DNA from: Anaerolineae bacterium | GTDB taxonomy: Bacteria > Chloroflexota > Anaerolineae > Aggregatilineales > Aggregatilineaceae | Direction of reading: 5' to 3' | NCBI GenBank assembly: GCA_016934195.1 | Contig: JAFGTJ010000030.1 | Location: 1-58,013 of the forward strand | Length of the DNA stretch: 58,013 nucleotides | In this document: piece by piece, positions 1-11,087 of the stretch | Layout: every line of letters begins with the position of its first letter | Numbering within the stretch: the first letter of the stretch is position 1 | Translations under genes and position numbers: made by a program | The notes under the pieces: model-generated | Databases searched by the model: none | Told to the model about the DNA's origin: nothing | The model's input: only the letters and a program-made list of their open reading frames with translations

Positions 1-711
1 CTTCAATTCGTTTTCACGCGGCGCGGCATACGCCTCGTCCAGGTCGTCGGCGTACCCCGGATGGCAAAAAAACTCCGACACGCCGTCCGGCAAATCCGAC
101 AGGATCGCTCGTAAATTCTCCGGCGTGGCCCCGGCACCGAAAAAAACGAGCGCGGGTGTGATGTGCTGCGGCCAGCGCACAGAATCATACTCTGCCAGAA
201 TCCTGGGCACCGTCCCCAAATCGGCATGAGTTCCAGGGCTGCGAATCGGGAGTCCGTACTGTGCGGCCAACGCGAGCATCACGTCAAACGCCGCCGCAAT
301 CCAGTAACTCGCCCCGTGATGGCTGTCCAGGTGATCGGGCGGGTGTCCGGCCAATGCGATAAAACGTTCCATCTGGGCGGTATATTCCGTCTTCAAATCC
401 GCCGCCGTGAAGCGTGGAGCCAACGCCTTTAACTCCTGAAAATTCGAGCAGAATGTGCCCTCCGGCGTAACCAGCGACGACACCTCCTCGGCGGGTGCGG
501 CGGGCGGGCCGAACGATAACGTCAGGTGCAAACCCAGGCCCAGGCGGGGCGCTTCCTGCTGCGCGCGGCGAATCGCGTCCCCGGCAGCGGGCATGTGTGC
601 CATGACCGAGGTTGAAGTCACGATCCCGCGCTGGTGCGCTTCGATAATGCCTTCGCTCACGCGGGGCGAAATGCCGAAGTCGTCTGCGTTCACAATCAAG
701 TATTTTGCCAT
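1..711 (-). CDS. YdjC/ChbG-family carbohydrate deacetylase (3' end cut by window edge)
   Basis: Absent from the ORF track because it runs off the window. Hand translation of the reverse strand from ATG 709-711 gives MAKYLIVNADDFGISPRVSEGIIEAHQRGIVTSTSVMA..., which carries the NADDFG and VTSTS signatures of YdjC-like proteins. The frame stays open for 237 codons to position 1. Confidence 0.75.
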   Translation of the reverse strand, partial: MAKYLIVNADDFGISPRVSEGIIEAHQRGIVTSTSVMAHMPAAGDAIRRAQQEAPRLGLGLHLTLSFGPPAAPAEEVSSLVTPEGTFCSNFQELKALAPRFTAADLKTEYTAQMERFIALAGHPPDHLDSHHGASYWIAAAFDVMLALAAQYGLPIRSPGTHADLGTVPRILAEYDSVRWPQHITPALVFFGAGATPENLRAILSDLPDGVSEFFCHPGYADDLDEAYAAPRENELK

Positions 712-726
712 TAAAATATATTCCTC

Positions 727-2658
727 TCAGATCATATCCACTGGCTGGCCCATCGCCGTTACATCATACCCCGGTTGGGCCGCCACCGCCGCCCGAAATT
801 CTGCGTCGGCCAGCAGCGCCAGGACGTGCTGAATCATGGGCTGTTCGATATATGCCGCCGGAATCACCAGATCATACCGTTCGTGCGTCACTGGGATAAA
901 GTCCAGGTTGAGCGCCATCGCCGCGTTACGAATGCCCATCCCGCAGTCCGCGCTGCCGGATGCGACCGCCGCCGCGACTGCCAGATGGGTATATTCTTCG
1001 CGTCCGTAGCCTTCCACATTGGCCGGATCAAGGCCGCACTGCTGCAATTCGTAATCCAACAGAACGCGGGTTCCCGCTCCCCGCTGGCGGTTGACGTAAC
1101 GAACACGGACCAGATCGTCCAGTGATTGGATGTCCAACGGATTGCCCGACGCGACGATCAAACCCTGTTCGCGGTGCACAAACGTGACCACCCGGACCAG
1201 CAGATCGCCCAATGTGCGGCGGATGTACGACACGTTGTATTCGCCGGTTTCAGGATCGAGCAGGTGCGTACCGGAGATATGCGCTTCGCCGCGTTTCTGC
1301 GCGACCAACCCGCCCAGGCTGCCCACATTGGCCGACGCCAACCGACAGCCGGGGAACCGCACCGCGAGATACTGGCCCAACAGGTCCAGCATGGGATCGT
1401 GACTGCCAACCGCTACTACCGTTTGCGCCAGGTCTTCCCGCGCGCGCAGCAGCATCACCTTGACCTCGCTCCCCGCATCCAACCCTTCGCTAAAACGCGG
1501 AATATGCAGCAGCCCATCGGCGCGCACCAGTGATGTAATCACCCCGGCACCACGCGCCAGCGGCGTAACCAGCGTCCGGTCGCCCACCTGCCCGACTGTC
1601 ACGCGCACAAAATCATCGTCTCCGGTGGGCGACGTAATCTTGCGCGTCAGGATAGCCGCCACACGCTCATAACGCGGCGCAGACTGCCCGGCCCACCGCC
1701 GCAGCACAGGCCGGATGAAAATCTCGCCCGTCAGCGCCGCCGATACCGGATAACCGGGCACACCGATCACGGGCACGTCATTCACCATGCCCATGATCAC
1801 CGGATGGCCGGGACGCACCGCCACACCATGTACTAATAATTGACCGGTAGCACGCACCGCGCGCGCCGTGAAGTCCTTTGATCCCGCCGACGAACCGGAC
1901 AGCACCAGCACCATGTCATGATCGGCGGTGGCTTCCAGGATCGCAGCCTGGATCGCGTCAGCATCATCGGGCAGCGGCGACCAGCGGGTAAATATGCCGC
2001 CTTCCTGCCGGACCTGCGCGCCCAACACGATACTGTTGTATTCGATCACCGCGCCCGGTTCCGGCGAATCACCCGGCGGTACGAGTTCCGAGCCAGTGGG
2101 TAAAATCGCCACGCGGGAACGGCGGCGAACCCACACCTCGGTATGCCCACACCCGGCAATTGCTCCCAGATCATACGGGCGCAGCACATGGTTGGCGGGC
2201 AAAATCAATTCGGTCGCCACCATATCCTCGCCCATCATGCGGACGTGCTGCCAGGGCGCAACCGGCGCGCGGATTTCAATCAAGTCTTCGCCCACATCTT
2301 CGCCTACTGGCTGCGTATTTTCGATCATGATCACGGCGTTATATTGGTCCGCGAACGGCGCGCCGGTATTCACCGGGAACGCCTGCTCCGGCACGCGCAG
2401 CCGGACCGGACGGGTTTCGGTCGCGCCCAAAGTATCCGCCGACCGCACCGCGTAACCGTCCATCGCGGCGGCATGGTAATGCGGGGAACTGATGCAGGCA
2501 AATATTGGTTCCGCCGTGACGCGCCCTAACGCAGCATCCAGCGATACGCGCTCGGCAGGCAACACTTCCCAGCGTCCGCACACCTGGAGCGCGGCCTGCA
2601 ACCGGGCGCGCGCCTCATCCATCGGGATATCTTCAAGGTAAATGTTACGGTCGTCCAT
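727..2658 (-). CDS. MoeA-like molybdopterin molybdotransferase fused to a C-terminal PBP-like (molybdate/tungstate-binding type) domain
   Basis: N-terminal two-thirds is MoeA-like (SPHYHAAAMDGYAV, LPTGSELV, VLVLSGSSAGSKDF, GVAVRPGHP). The C-terminal ~240 aa looks like a periplasmic-binding-protein fold (VAVGSHDPMLDLL...NRQRGAGTRVLLD). I prefer the ATG at 2656-2658, which overlaps the upstream stop as TGATG, over the track's TTG at 2682. Confidence 0.85.
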   Translation of the reverse strand: MDDRNIYLEDIPMDEARARLQAALQVCGRWEVLPAERVSLDAALGRVTAEPIFACISSPHYHAAAMDGYAVRSADTLGATETRPVRLRVPEQAFPVNTGAPFADQYNAVIMIENTQPVGEDVGEDLIEIRAPVAPWQHVRMMGEDMVATELILPANHVLRPYDLGAIAGCGHTEVWVRRRSRVAILPTGSELVPPGDSPEPGAVIEYNSIVLGAQVRQEGGIFTRWSPLPDDADAIQAAILEATADHDMVLVLSGSSAGSKDFTARAVRATGQLLVHGVAVRPGHPVIMGMVNDVPVIGVPGYPVSAALTGEIFIRPVLRRWAGQSAPRYERVAAILTRKITSPTGDDDFVRVTVGQVGDRTLVTPLARGAGVITSLVRADGLLHIPRFSEGLDAGSEVKVMLLRAREDLAQTVVAVGSHDPMLDLLGQYLAVRFPGCRLASANVGSLGGLVAQKRGEAHISGTHLLDPETGEYNVSYIRRTLGDLLVRVVTFVHREQGLIVASGNPLDIQSLDDLVRVRYVNRQRGAGTRVLLDYELQQCGLDPANVEGYGREEYTHLAVAAAVASGSADCGMGIRNAAMALNLDFIPVTHERYDLVIPAAYIEQPMIQHVLALLADAEFRAAVAAQPGYDVTAMGQPVDMI

Positions 2659-3893
2659 CAAAACAGCGTGACCTCTCCCCAATCACCTGCCCGCAAACCA
2701 GTTTTGTTCAGCGGCACCTTGAGCAAGCCATCAGCCCCAACCAGTGTAAAAATCAGGTTGCTTTTGCCAAATACCGGCGCGGCCCATAGTTCACCCTCAC
2801 GATCCACGAGGCGCACCGGCACATGATCCTCGCGGCCCGCCGCCGAGGGAATATTCGCCGCCGCCCGCGCCTGTACCCACATCTGGCGCGGCACATCCGT
2901 TCCCATCAAATACGCAATCGCCGGGACGCCAAACAACGTAAACATCACCAGCGCCGATACCGGATTCCCCGGCAGGCCAATCACAGGCTTACCCGCTAAA
3001 ACCGCCAGGATCGTCGGTTTGCCGGGACGCGCTGCCACGCCATGCACCAATACCCCCGGTTTGCCCAGGCGATTGATCACGTCGGCGGTCATATCACGCA
3101 CGCTGACGCTGCTGCCCGCCGTCACTACCAGCAGATCGGATTCCGGCAGAGCCGCCGCCAATACCTCGTACAGCGCGTCGGGCTGATCGGGCACAATGCC
3201 GTGAATACGCGCCTCAGCCCCGGCCCGCGCGCACAAGGCTTGAATAGTGCCGCTGTTGATGTCGCGTATCTGTCCGGGCTGCAACGTCCCGGTGCCGGGT
3301 ACTACCAGTTCATCCCCGGTTGAAAACAGGCTAACACGCGGCCTCTGGACAACGGGAATATCATCCACCAACCCCAATGCCAGCAGCGCGCCCACGTCCT
3401 GCGGCTGGACACGGTGCCCCGCCGGGAGAATTTCGGCATCCGGCAGCACGTCTTCGCCAACTTGAAGCACATTTTCACCGGGCGCAACCGGCTTAAGCAC
3501 TTCGATCTGGTCGCCGGTAAACGGCTGCGTGTGCTCGACCATGACCACCGCGTCCGCGCCGGGAGGCACCATACCGCCAGTATGGATCAGGGCCGCCTGT
3601 CCCTTTGCCACCTGGACCGCTGCCGCCTGCCCCATCGGAACTTCACCCACTACATCCAGGTAAGCCGGGAGCGAGTCCGACGCGCCAAATGTATCAGCGG
3701 CCAGGACCGTGTACCCGTCTACCGTCGAACGCCGGAACGCGGGCAACGCTTCCGGGCTGGTGATCGCGCGCGCCGTCACGCGGCCCAGGGCATCATACGC
3801 GCTAACCGTTTCATTCCCGGCGCGGTGCGTGACCTGATTCCACCACCGGGTCCGCGCCACATCGGGAGGAAGCACCTCAAAAAATTCCGGCAT
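2658..3893 (-). CDS. moeA: molybdopterin molybdotransferase MoeA
   Basis: 411 aa with MoeA motifs (STVDGYTV, LFSTGDELV, LLVVTAGSSVSVRDM, GVAARPGKP, GLPGNPVSA). Confidence 0.9.
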   Translation of the reverse strand: MPEFFEVLPPDVARTRWWNQVTHRAGNETVSAYDALGRVTARAITSPEALPAFRRSTVDGYTVLAADTFGASDSLPAYLDVVGEVPMGQAAAVQVAKGQAALIHTGGMVPPGADAVVMVEHTQPFTGDQIEVLKPVAPGENVLQVGEDVLPDAEILPAGHRVQPQDVGALLALGLVDDIPVVQRPRVSLFSTGDELVVPGTGTLQPGQIRDINSGTIQALCARAGAEARIHGIVPDQPDALYEVLAAALPESDLLVVTAGSSVSVRDMTADVINRLGKPGVLVHGVAARPGKPTILAVLAGKPVIGLPGNPVSALVMFTLFGVPAIAYLMGTDVPRQMWVQARAAANIPSAAGREDHVPVRLVDREGELWAAPVFGKSNLIFTLVGADGLLKVPLNKTGLRAGDWGEVTLF

Positions 3894-3980
3894 AAGTCGT
3901 TTTCCTGATTACGTCTGGTCCGATCAAAAAGGCGTTGCCTCAACAACGCCATTGTAACGCACCCTGGACCATCCACCACC

Positions 3981-5165
3981 CTACAGAATCAGCATGGCAA
4001 ACGACACCACATTCAGCACCAGCATCAGCACGATTCCGCCCGCTAACGCCAAACTGCGCAGATCATACCCTCCGCCCGCTGCCTGTATCTCAGCCGGAAT
4101 ATAGCGATAATACCCGGCGGCGCCGGTGGCCCCCGTCGCGGGCGGCGCGCCTATGACGCGCTGCGCGGGCGGCTGGCTGACAGATGGTAGACTCTCCGCC
4201 GAACCGTCATCATCAAATGACACATCGGCGCGCAACTGGGCCAACCCGTCATCTAACCAATTGGTAGACGGGGGTGAGTCTTCATCTTCAAGTTCAAAAA
4301 TCAGTTCTTCCGTCGCTTCAGGCATATCATCGTCGGTCACAAACAGCGATCCAAACGCATCACCGGCAACCGGCAGCGACGTATCATCTACCATAAAATC
4401 AGAGGCCGGGCTATCCCAGGCTCCAGGCGCACTATCAAACACATCACTACTGTCAAACGGCTCTGCCGGGCTATCCGGTTGGGTAAACGCATCGAATCCG
4501 CCGTCTATAGGTGCACTTGCCGGTGCGCCGGGTGGCGCGCTTTCCGCCGCACCGCCCCGCAGACCCAGGCCCGCCATCCAATCATCATATTCATCGTCCG
4601 TGAGCATATCGTCCACTTGCTGCCCACTACCATGATAAGAAGCCACACCAGCGCCCGCTTGAGGTCCCCAATCCATACTGGTCGCGGGCGCGGCAAATAC
4701 ATCAAATTCCGAGTCTGCGCCCTGGTTGGCGGCGGCAGATAACCAATCCTCAGCATCATCCACAGCACCGGCACCAGTATCAGCCCCTGAACCGGCCTGC
4801 GTGCCCGCGAAGTCAAACGGCGTTGAGTCACCGGCAGGCGGCGGTGCGACAGGCGGCGGCGCAGCAGAAGAATCGGGCACAGACGGCGAGGACGTTGAAG
4901 CCGCCGCGTCCTGCCCGGCACCCTGCTGGTTGATCGCGTTGAGTCGCTGGCGCGCCTGCTGGTTATTGGGATTCAGCAAAATTACATTTTCGAGGCAAAT
5001 TTTCTGATCTTCCGGCGTTTCAGCGACAGCGCTCATCCACAACCAGGCAATTTCATGCCGCTGATCCAACTCAATCGCCTGTTCCAACAAACCGCGCGCT
5101 TCCTGCCGCTGGCCGTTACGAAACGCCTCGGCTGCCTGTCTCACCAGATCGTCAACGTCCGACAT
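3981..5165 (-). CDS. tail-anchored protein: N-terminal TPR-like helix pair, long acidic/Pro-Ala low-complexity region, C-terminal TM helix
   Basis: Start re-set to the ATG at 5163-5165, preceded by GGAGGAATC. The N-terminus (AEAFRNGQRQEARGLLEQAIELDQRHEIAWLWMS...NPNNQQARQRL) is TPR-like. The middle is D/A/P/S-rich. The end (LALAGGIVLMLVLNVVSFAMLIL) is a TM segment. Confidence 0.6.
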   Translation of the reverse strand: MSDVDDLVRQAAEAFRNGQRQEARGLLEQAIELDQRHEIAWLWMSAVAETPEDQKICLENVILLNPNNQQARQRLNAINQQGAGQDAAASTSSPSVPDSSAAPPPVAPPPAGDSTPFDFAGTQAGSGADTGAGAVDDAEDWLSAAANQGADSEFDVFAAPATSMDWGPQAGAGVASYHGSGQQVDDMLTDDEYDDWMAGLGLRGGAAESAPPGAPASAPIDGGFDAFTQPDSPAEPFDSSDVFDSAPGAWDSPASDFMVDDTSLPVAGDAFGSLFVTDDDMPEATEELIFELEDEDSPPSTNWLDDGLAQLRADVSFDDDGSAESLPSVSQPPAQRVIGAPPATGATGAAGYYRYIPAEIQAAGGGYDLRSLALAGGIVLMLVLNVVSFAMLIL

Positions 5166-5246
5166 GATTCCTCCAGAAAAAACACGTACACTGGCAGAAT
5201 GTCTACCAGTGTACGTTATCATACCACATCCAACCCGGTACAGAAA

Positions 5247-7019
5247 TTAGAACAGGCCGACGATGCTCCCGTCCTCGTCGATATCCACGTTCATGTACGC
5301 CGGGTAGGTTGCCAGACCGGGCATGGTGCTCATCTTGCCCAACAAGGGATAAATGAAGCCCGCGCCCACGCTGGCTCGCACCTCGCGGACAGGCACCGTA
5401 AAGCCCTTCGGCACGCCCTTGAGGGCCGGGTCATGGCTGAGGCTCAGGTGCGTCTTCGCCATACACATCGGCAGCTTGCCAAAACCCGCCTTCTCATAGG
5501 CCGCGATCTGTTCCTCGGCCAGCGGCTCGTAGCTCACGCCGTCCGCGCCGTAGATTTCTTTGGCAATGTGCTCGATCTTCTGCTTGATCGTCCAGTCCAG
5601 CGGGTACAGAAACTCGAAGTTGCTAGGCTGTTCACACGCCTCGACCACCGCTTTCGCCAGGTCCGCCGCACCCTTACCGCCATCGGCCCAATGCGTGCTC
5701 TTGACCGCCGCAAACGCGCCCTGTTCTTCGGAATACTTGCGGACCACTTCCATCTCGGCGTCGGTATCGTCGGCGAACCCGTTCACGCACACGACCACCG
5801 GCACGCCAAATCGCAGCGCGTTCTTGATATGCACGCCCAGATTGCCCAAACCGGCTTCCAGCAGTTCGAGATTTTCCTCGGTATAGGCCCGCTCCAACGG
5901 CGCGCCAGGTGTCACTTTGGGACCGCCGCCGTGCATCTTGAGCGCGCGGACGGTCGCTACCAATACCACCGCATTCGGGATCAGGCCGCTGTACCGGCAC
6001 TTGATATCGAAGAATTTCTCCATGCCGATATCGGCTCCGAACCCGCTCTCCGTGACCACATAGTCGGCCACCTTGAGCGCGATCTGGTCGGCAATAATGC
6101 TGCTGTTGCCGTGCGCGATATTGGCAAACGGTCCGGCATGTACCAGCGCAGGCTGGCCCTCAAGTGTCTGCATCAACGTAGGCATCAGCGCATCCTTGAG
6201 CAGCACCGTGACCGCGCCCGCGACTTTGAGGTCTTCCAGGCTGACCGGCTCGCCCTTTGTATCCAGCGCAAACACCACCTTGCCCACCCGCTCGCGCAGG
6301 TCTTTCAGGCTGGTAGACAGCGCCAAAATCGCCATCAACTCCGACGCGACCGTGATATCAAACCCGGTCTTACGCGGAAAAACAGGGCTGGGAGAGCCGT
6401 CGGCCAATTTGTCATCATTAAATCCCACCTGGATTTCGCGCATGGTGCGGTCGCACACATCCACTACCCGGTTCCACGTCACCGTGGCCGGGTCGATATC
6501 CAGGCGGCGGTCCAGACCGCGCCGCTGCAATGCCTCTTCAGTCTGGCGGCTTTCATGGTACAAGCGCGTATCAATGGCCGCCGCGACGAGATTGTGCGCG
6601 ATACTAATGGCGTGGATATCGCCGGTCAGGTGCAGGTTGAAATCCTCCATCGGAATGACCTGGCTGTACCCGCCGCCTGCCGCGCCGCCCTTGATATTGA
6701 AGGTCGGCCCCATGCTTGGCTGGCGGATACAGGCCACGACATTCTTGCCCAGCTCCGATCCCATTGCCTGGACCAGTCCAAGCGTGGTGGTCGTCTTGCC
6801 TTCGCCCAATGGCGTCGGCGTGATCGCCGTCACGTCAATGTATTTACCCTGGGGGCGATCCGCAAACCTTTTCAGAACGTCGAGATGGATTTTAGCCTTA
6901 TACTTGCCGGAAAGGTCGAGATCGTCCTCCGTCAAACCCAACTTTTCCGCCATTTCCATAATGGGGCGGACGTCGGCTGCCTGGGCGATCTCAAGATCAC
7001 TGGGAACGATTTTTGCCAT
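5247..7019 (-). CDS. fhs: formate--tetrahydrofolate ligase
   Basis: 590 aa, [13 protein letters not shown]..., P-loop [15 protein letters not shown], full-length FTHFS-like sequence. Confidence 0.97.
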   Translation of the reverse strand: MAKIVPSDLEIAQAADVRPIMEMAEKLGLTEDDLDLSGKYKAKIHLDVLKRFADRPQGKYIDVTAITPTPLGEGKTTTTLGLVQAMGSELGKNVVACIRQPSMGPTFNIKGGAAGGGYSQVIPMEDFNLHLTGDIHAISIAHNLVAAAIDTRLYHESRQTEEALQRRGLDRRLDIDPATVTWNRVVDVCDRTMREIQVGFNDDKLADGSPSPVFPRKTGFDITVASELMAILALSTSLKDLRERVGKVVFALDTKGEPVSLEDLKVAGAVTVLLKDALMPTLMQTLEGQPALVHAGPFANIAHGNSSIIADQIALKVADYVVTESGFGADIGMEKFFDIKCRYSGLIPNAVVLVATVRALKMHGGGPKVTPGAPLERAYTEENLELLEAGLGNLGVHIKNALRFGVPVVVCVNGFADDTDAEMEVVRKYSEEQGAFAAVKSTHWADGGKGAADLAKAVVEACEQPSNFEFLYPLDWTIKQKIEHIAKEIYGADGVSYEPLAEEQIAAYEKAGFGKLPMCMAKTHLSLSHDPALKGVPKGFTVPVREVRASVGAGFIYPLLGKMSTMPGLATYPAYMNVDIDEDGSIVGLF

Positions 7020-7216
7020 AACTTAAATCTCCGTAAGAAATAGAAAAAAACTTCTGCCGTTATTTTTTACGTGCGTGCATCATGAGCATGTACATGAGGA
7101 GTTTGCTCGTCAGAACGCAAGCACGCCGTTCACAAGTTAATAGTAGTATTTACTGTAGACATTGGCAAGTTGGCAGCCAAGGTACGCGCTTAGTGGGGCA
7201 CCCGCCGCGCCGGTTG

Positions 7217-8392
7217 TTACTGTTCGTCGATGATTCCCATATCAATCGCTTCGTCCCAACCCACTCGTTGGCCTTCATCGTGCGAAATCGAGTCGGCCAG
7301 ATCGCTCAACGCATCGGTATCAAACATGCTCTCGGCCAGTTCCTCGTCAATGGCCTGACCAAATAACGCATCAGCGTCAAAGTCGGCCACTGGGTCCATA
7401 CCCGCCGGTTCCGGCTGCGCGTCGAACATCGCCTCAAGCGAGGCGGCGGAAGTGCCTTGCTTTTGGGATTGGCGCGAAGGCTTAGCCGCCGGAACATCAT
7501 CAGCTTTCTGTTTCCTGGCCGCAGGCCGGGATTCCGCTTTCGGAGCCGGGGCTGGCTCAACTTTCTTGATCGAATACGCCGCTTCGCCCAACATTTCGAT
7601 GATCTGGTCAGCAGTGCGGCGGCCATACAACATCACCGGGGCCATTGCGCGCCGGTTGGTTCCTTCAAACACCAGGCACAGAATATAATGGACGCCCAAT
7701 GCTAACCCGTACACGTCCAACCGCTCGCCGTTATAATAATGCATCGTCCAGGCATGACCGCCGACCAACGGGCCAATTTCCGCCGAACGCGCGAACATGG
7801 GACCCAAAACAGCGGCCAGAGTCTCCCGGTCAATATAGCCGGTTGCGCCACGCTCGATCAGGACCCGGCCCGTGCGATCCGCCAGGATAATACTCATGGC
7901 CCCGGCATCGCGCATCAGGTCTACTACCATCGTAGCCAATTCGCCGGTATCAACCGCCGGAACCGGTCCCAGGTCAACAGCAGGACCGGCAGCCGGAGCT
8001 TCGTCAGCGACAGCGGCCTCACCGTCCAGCGCGATACGCAGCCCGCGCACGAACGGCTCGCCTACCGGTCGCATGAAATACTGAAATGCGGCGTCTCCCA
8101 GAACGGACACGTCAACGGTTGGATCATCCTCTTGAGCCAGAACGATGACAGGCGTTGCCAGAAACTCACGACTGACTCGAGTCGCTAATTCGAATCCGTT
8201 CATCATACCGGGGATCGTATAGGCCGTTACCATCAAGTCGATCTCTGATCTTGAGACTTCGGCCAGCGCATCGTCCGAGGAAGGCACCTCGATCAAAATG
8301 CACGGGCGGTTGAGCAGCGCTAACGCGCCACGTACAATCGGCGCAACATCACGAGCAGCATCGACGACAACAATTCGGGGGATCGAGGGCAT
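7217..8392 (-). CDS. degenerate receiver (pseudo-REC) + Roadblock/LC7-like domain + Pro/Lys-rich and acidic tail
   Basis: The N-terminus has a CheY-like pattern but the catalytic positions are substituted: VVVDAARD, DLMVTAYTIPG, VLAQ and MRP replace DD, D, T and K. The middle (MVVDLMRDAGAMSIILADRTGRVLIERG...AVLGPMFARSAEIG) resembles Roadblock/LC7. The C-terminus is PAPAPK-rich, then D/E-rich. Confidence 0.75.
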   Translation of the reverse strand: MPSIPRIVVVDAARDVAPIVRGALALLNRPCILIEVPSSDDALAEVSRSEIDLMVTAYTIPGMMNGFELATRVSREFLATPVIVLAQEDDPTVDVSVLGDAAFQYFMRPVGEPFVRGLRIALDGEAAVADEAPAAGPAVDLGPVPAVDTGELATMVVDLMRDAGAMSIILADRTGRVLIERGATGYIDRETLAAVLGPMFARSAEIGPLVGGHAWTMHYYNGERLDVYGLALGVHYILCLVFEGTNRRAMAPVMLYGRRTADQIIEMLGEAAYSIKKVEPAPAPKAESRPAARKQKADDVPAAKPSRQSQKQGTSAASLEAMFDAQPEPAGMDPVADFDADALFGQAIDEELAESMFDTDALSDLADSISHDEGQRVGWDEAIDMGIIDEQ

Positions 8393-8798
8393 AGTCCATT
8401 ACCTGCTTAGTGTGATCAACAACCATCATTATACCGGGTTTGGATGGGAGTGAATACCATCCTGCTTCTATCCTAACGAATTTACCAAAGGTTGCAACCG
8501 GGTTAGGATTGTATTTTGACCCAATTTGCCGCCAGAAGCAACACATTCATGACAAATTCACATCAGTTACCCCCACAATGTCGCTATCAACCGCCGGGGA
8601 CGAATAAGACCATCGAGCGCATCATTAAGGGTGTGAAAGCATATATCGACCCAAACAGCATATAGGATACGCGCAGACCGCCAAAACCTGGGATAAAAAT
8701 ATTCGTTGCTGCTGTCTTACACCCCACACACTTAACTCATTGCTACCATATTTATATCATGAATTCGCCCGTGAGAGCACCGGGCACATTATCATTTG

Positions 8799-8827
8799 TT
8801 GACTCCGACCAGTGCATATGCTATCAT
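8799..8827 (+). promoter_or_regulatory. sigma70-like promoter candidate (TTGACT-17 nt-TATCAT) upstream of the Roadblock gene
   Basis: TTGACT at 8799-8804, an exact 17-nt spacer, and TATCAT at 8822-8827. It lies ~100 nt upstream of the ATG at 8928, inside a 535-bp lower-GC divergent spacer. Confidence 0.35.
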
Positions 8828-8927
8828 GCAGGCGGCATTATTAAGCAAACCAACAATCTGTATTAATCCACGATGCATTCACACATCTGCTGTCTGCCAA
8901 ATCCCGCACGGGAAAGGAGCACGATTT

Positions 8928-9299
8928 ATGGCAAAGTCGCGGACGGAGTTAATGGTTGATCGCCTGCGCGATCTGCAAGCCGGTACGCCTGATATTGAAG
9001 CCTCGGCGGTCGTCAGCGTGGATGGGCTGATTATGGCCTCGTCGCTACCGGCGGGCGTGGAAGAAGACCGAGTATCGGCCATGTCTGCTGCGATGCTTTC
9101 GCTCGGCGAGCGCATCGCCAGCGAATTAGGACGCGGCTTGCTGGATCAGGTATATATTCGCGGTGACAGCGGCTTCGTGATCCTGATGTCCGTTGGTGAA
9201 GAAGCCGTGCTAACAGCGCTGGTTCATGAAAATGCTAAGCTCGGGTTGGTCTTCCTTGATATGAGACGCGCCGCCGACGATCTCGAAAATCTGGTATGA
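8928..9299 (+). CDS. Roadblock/LC7 (MglB/CvnB-like) domain protein
   Basis: Start re-set to the ATG at 8928, preceded by GGAAAGGAG. The 123-aa product (MAKSRTELMVDRLRDLQAGTPDIEASAVVSVDGLIMASSLP...FVILMSVGEEAVLTALV) has the typical Roadblock/LC7 length and pattern. Confidence 0.85.
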   Translation: MAKSRTELMVDRLRDLQAGTPDIEASAVVSVDGLIMASSLPAGVEEDRVSAMSAAMLSLGERIASELGRGLLDQVYIRGDSGFVILMSVGEEAVLTALVHENAKLGLVFLDMRRAADDLENLV

Positions 9300-9341
9300 T
9301 TTTTCGATTATCTCCAACCATTCCACCTGATGATACACAAA

Positions 9342-9388
9342 CGACGGGGAGCAAGGCACCGGGCCTTAACCTCCCCGTCGCTCTTTTT
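9342..9388 (+). terminator. rho-independent terminator / possible pyrG leader attenuator
   Basis: 10-bp perfect stem CGACGGGGAG (9342-9351) / CTCCCCGTCG (9371-9380). The loop contains an inner AAGGC/GCCTT pairing. CTCTTTTT follows the stem. It sits between the Roadblock stop (9299) and the pyrG start (9418). Confidence 0.5.
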
Positions 9389-9399
9389 AACCGCAGTAA

Positions 9400-11076
<1,677 letters not shown>

Positions 11077-11087
11077 CGGATAACACC

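Noticed and set aside
5055-7043. 662-aa ORF on the + strand spanning the whole fhs locus
   Set aside because: It is exactly antisense to an unmistakable formate-THF ligase gene. The product is Arg/His/Gln/Leu-rich with no motifs, which is typical of stop-poor antisense frames in GC-rich DNA.
7020-7216. Possible ZTP (pfl) or THF riboswitch in the 197-nt fhs leader
   Set aside because: fhs is a classic ZTP-riboswitch target. However, I could not find the conserved GACUGGCG ... CCGCCUGGGC-type strings on the minus strand. Only a TTGCCA-17-TACTAT promoter-like site is visible. A covariance-model scan would be needed to overturn this.
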